Assembly: GCA_964106915.2 (NCBI GenBank)
Contig: OZ066922.1
Length of the DNA stretch: 64,000 bases
Source of the DNA: Podarcis gaigeae
Taxonomy: Eukaryota
Direction: 5' to 3' (one strand)
This document shows, piece after piece, positions 61,676 through 64,000 of this stretch. Position numbers and translations under genes: made by a program. The notes under the pieces were generated by a model, which was given only the letters and a program-made list of their open reading frames with translations, had not been told where the DNA came from and ran no database searches. Position 1 is the first letter of the stretch, and each line of letters starts with the position of its first letter.

Positions 61676-62929
61676 GTGTCTAGACATTAGCACATGTGAA
61701 CCTAGAGCTTCCTGGGGTTTCCTGGTTAGAGCAGGATGGCTATGCAAGAACCTCTTTTTTTCTTTTTCGAATTAACCACATGTCCTCGCCAGATGAATTC
61801 TGGTCATAACTGCTTGCTGCCACATAGCACAAAACAGTTTACAGTTAGCCTAGTCACACTTGTTCCATTGCTCAGTGTCCAAAAAATTTCATGCTATCCC
61901 TGTTGCAAAATGCAGGCTTGTTTTTGTGATTTTCTTAGCCAAATCCATCTGTAGTGCAATCCCCAGCCCCAGGTAACTGATCAAAAGGTCAAGGAGCTCG
62001 AATGCGAAGTTGTTCAGTCCTGGAAACTGCATGCTTAACCCTACTCATCGCTGCAAAACTGGTCCAGCCAGGATCATTAGCAGGTAATCTTGTTCTTATT
62101 TTCAAATGTGTCAACAAAAATGGCAAGAACATCCTCAACAGTGGTACACAAGCTGTAAATCAACGTCGTCCACAAAAGTCTGCTACAGATGTATTGGAGA
62201 CGTTAGCCAGATAGTATTTACATCTATTGTTTCTCCCTGTCATCAAATGTATACTGTTATATAGTGTACCTTTTATTGTGTCTAGACAGGGTTAATGTTA
62301 TTCCATCAGTTCTAATACCTGTTTCCTGATTCAGTTTCACATAAAAATGTGCAATGAAATATGATGTGAATTCTGCTTTTTATGTCTGAGGTTCCTGCAT
62401 GGTGGCAACAGCATATCACATTCTCTGTCCATATGATCCACACTGGGGAAGAACAGGCAAACTGCAGATAACAATCTGGCACCATGTTAAAGTTTCACCC
62501 AGAATCTGAATTGAACTGAACTTAACCTCTAGAAATTTAATAGAGGTCAGTCAACTTTGTTCCCTGCAATTATTTTAATTTCAGCTTCGGGTCACATCAC
62601 CTTTGGGAGAGAGGTAGGCTATGAAGATGCATGAAATAGTGGATTATATAAAAATATAAAAAGTATTGTTTGAAAGGAAGTCCCTGAACGTTCACTGGAA
62701 TCTCCTAAGAACAGGATTAGGATCAGGGTACACATACAATATTGAGTCCATGCCAGATTCCTGACCTTGCTGTTTTCGAATGTATTCTAAGGGGTGATTC
62801 AGATGTGCAGAAGGAAATGGTTCTGTTCTCATGCAGGGATGATATTGCATGTTTTATGGCTCAGACTTAACCTGTTGATGTGGAACCACTTTCTAACAAA
62901 ACCATCCCATACAAAACCTCAGTAATGTA

Positions 62930-63525
62930 GTCCCAGCATGTGGTCAAATACTAAGTAAGAAAGTGCTCCTGTGTCAACAGTCTGATACTGTTCAACAACT
63001 TTTTTGGGCTCACAGGCACATTTGCCAATCAGAGAAACTGTGTATGCTGAGCACCACACACCCGTCATAAGATCTTCTATTGGCTGCAACAGAATGCTTC
63101 TTTCAAGCCTAATTTCAGCAGGGGGAGGCACCCTGTGGCACTTATTCAGCACCACCAGTGAGTGAGGAGCAGTGTAGTCTAGGCCGCCTTTGGAATGGCA
63201 TCCCAACTACAGAATTCCCTCCCTCTGGAAGTTAGAATGCCCCCCTCATTGGTGACCTTCCATTGCCAGTTGAATGCACTTTTATCCATTCAGGCTTCTG
63301 GGGGATAATTCAGTGTGTGTCCCATATATGTATTTCAGAGTACTGTAGAGTCATGGCCATTTTCTGCTGTTGTTATGTTATTTTAAGGATGTTATTTTAA
63401 GGATAGTTGCAAATGTTATTGTTACATTTATAGGGGTGTTTGTATTTTATGAGATTCTGTATTATAAACCACTCTGAGGACTTCATAGATGCAAATGCGG
63501 AGGAGGGGTTAAATATAAAACGTAT
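62930..63525 (+). mobile_element. old L2 LINE 3' fragment
   Basis: gaattccctccctctggaagttagaatgcccccctcattggtgaccttc...caggctt, T-rich UTR, taaaccactctgag terminal motif. Confidence 0.6.
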
Positions 63526-64000
63526 TTTCTAGTTTTATATTTACCTCACATTTGCATCTGCTGCGAAGCCCCCATTGATTTTACCAGAACTCCTACACTA
63601 CATGTGTAGCAGAGGTCTGAATTTAAAAATATAGATGATAGGCCAAACCTAGAAATCATACCTCTAGCCCTAGAAGTGATTTCCCTAGCCTTAGCTGGTT
63701 ATGGTTAGCCTTTCTTCTGTACATCAGCCATGTCTAAGACTTAACATTGGAAAGAGACTCTTAGATTAAACCCTCTTGAAGGCTGGCCAAGGATAAATAA
63801 ATACGCCCAGCTAAGAACATGGGGGCTGTTTTCATATTTTATGGACAGTAACATTGTTACTAGTTCTGGGAAAAATAATAATAATGGAGCAGAATGACCG
63901 ATCGTGGATGATATCAAGGGGAGTAAACTTAAGAGAATTAAAATGCTTGAAGTCAAGTTAAAAACATGTTTGTCCAGTAAAAGTGAGGAGGGCGTATGTA

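Larger units (their letters stand above)
44200..62236 (-). pseudogene. decayed multi-exon gene for a Cys-rich extracellular protein with TSP1-like motifs, identity unknown
   Basis: minus-strand exon-like blocks at ~62236-61315, 60253-60191, 58584-58478, 57833-57396, 56303-56135, 55597-54850, 54714-54634, 54323-54020, 53799-52550, 51396-51086, 50957-50713, 50633-50390 (weaker: 46922-46645, 46581-46334, 44828-44200); AG/GT ends on most, phase-compatible junctions, many stops and frameshifts. Confidence 0.62.

Noticed and set aside
62919-63206. 95-aa Cys-containing minus-strand ORF as another pseudo-exon
   Set aside because: It overlaps the antisense of an L2 3' fragment.
1-64000. Prokaryotic systems (CRISPR arrays, operons, defence islands)
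   Set aside because: The sequence is intron-rich vertebrate DNA; the only tandem repeats are microsatellites and there is no repeat-spacer structure.

Overview
Vertebrate nuclear DNA from a squamate reptile (Sauria SINEs and a BovB LINE; probably a lacertid lizard, by inference). The + strand from 1509 to 40826 carries the last 17 coding exons of the giant atypical cadherin DCHS2 (dachsous 2). These total 7664 nt (~2550 codons), all introns are GT-AG, and reading-frame phase is conserved at every junction. They encode cadherin repeats, one transmembrane helix and the Dachsous cytoplasmic tail ending EEVQV*. The 5' exons lie upstream of the window. Introns and flanks hold the usual squamate repeats (Sauria SINE, BovB/RTE, CR1, L2, L1, solo LTRs, hAT and Tc1/mariner MITEs, microsatellites). 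The main unexplained signal is on the - strand downstream of DCHS2 (~44200-62240). It is a chain of at least 12 exon-like blocks with AG/GT boundaries, several phase-compatible junctions and cysteine/tryptophan-rich extracellular-type peptides (TSP1-like 'VGPWGQC', 'QKWGEC'), riddled with stops, frameshifts, dead splice sites and transposon insertions. I interpret this as a decayed multi-exon gene convergent with DCHS2 and possibly extending into its introns; I cannot name it. There are no prokaryotic features, CRISPR arrays or structural RNA genes.
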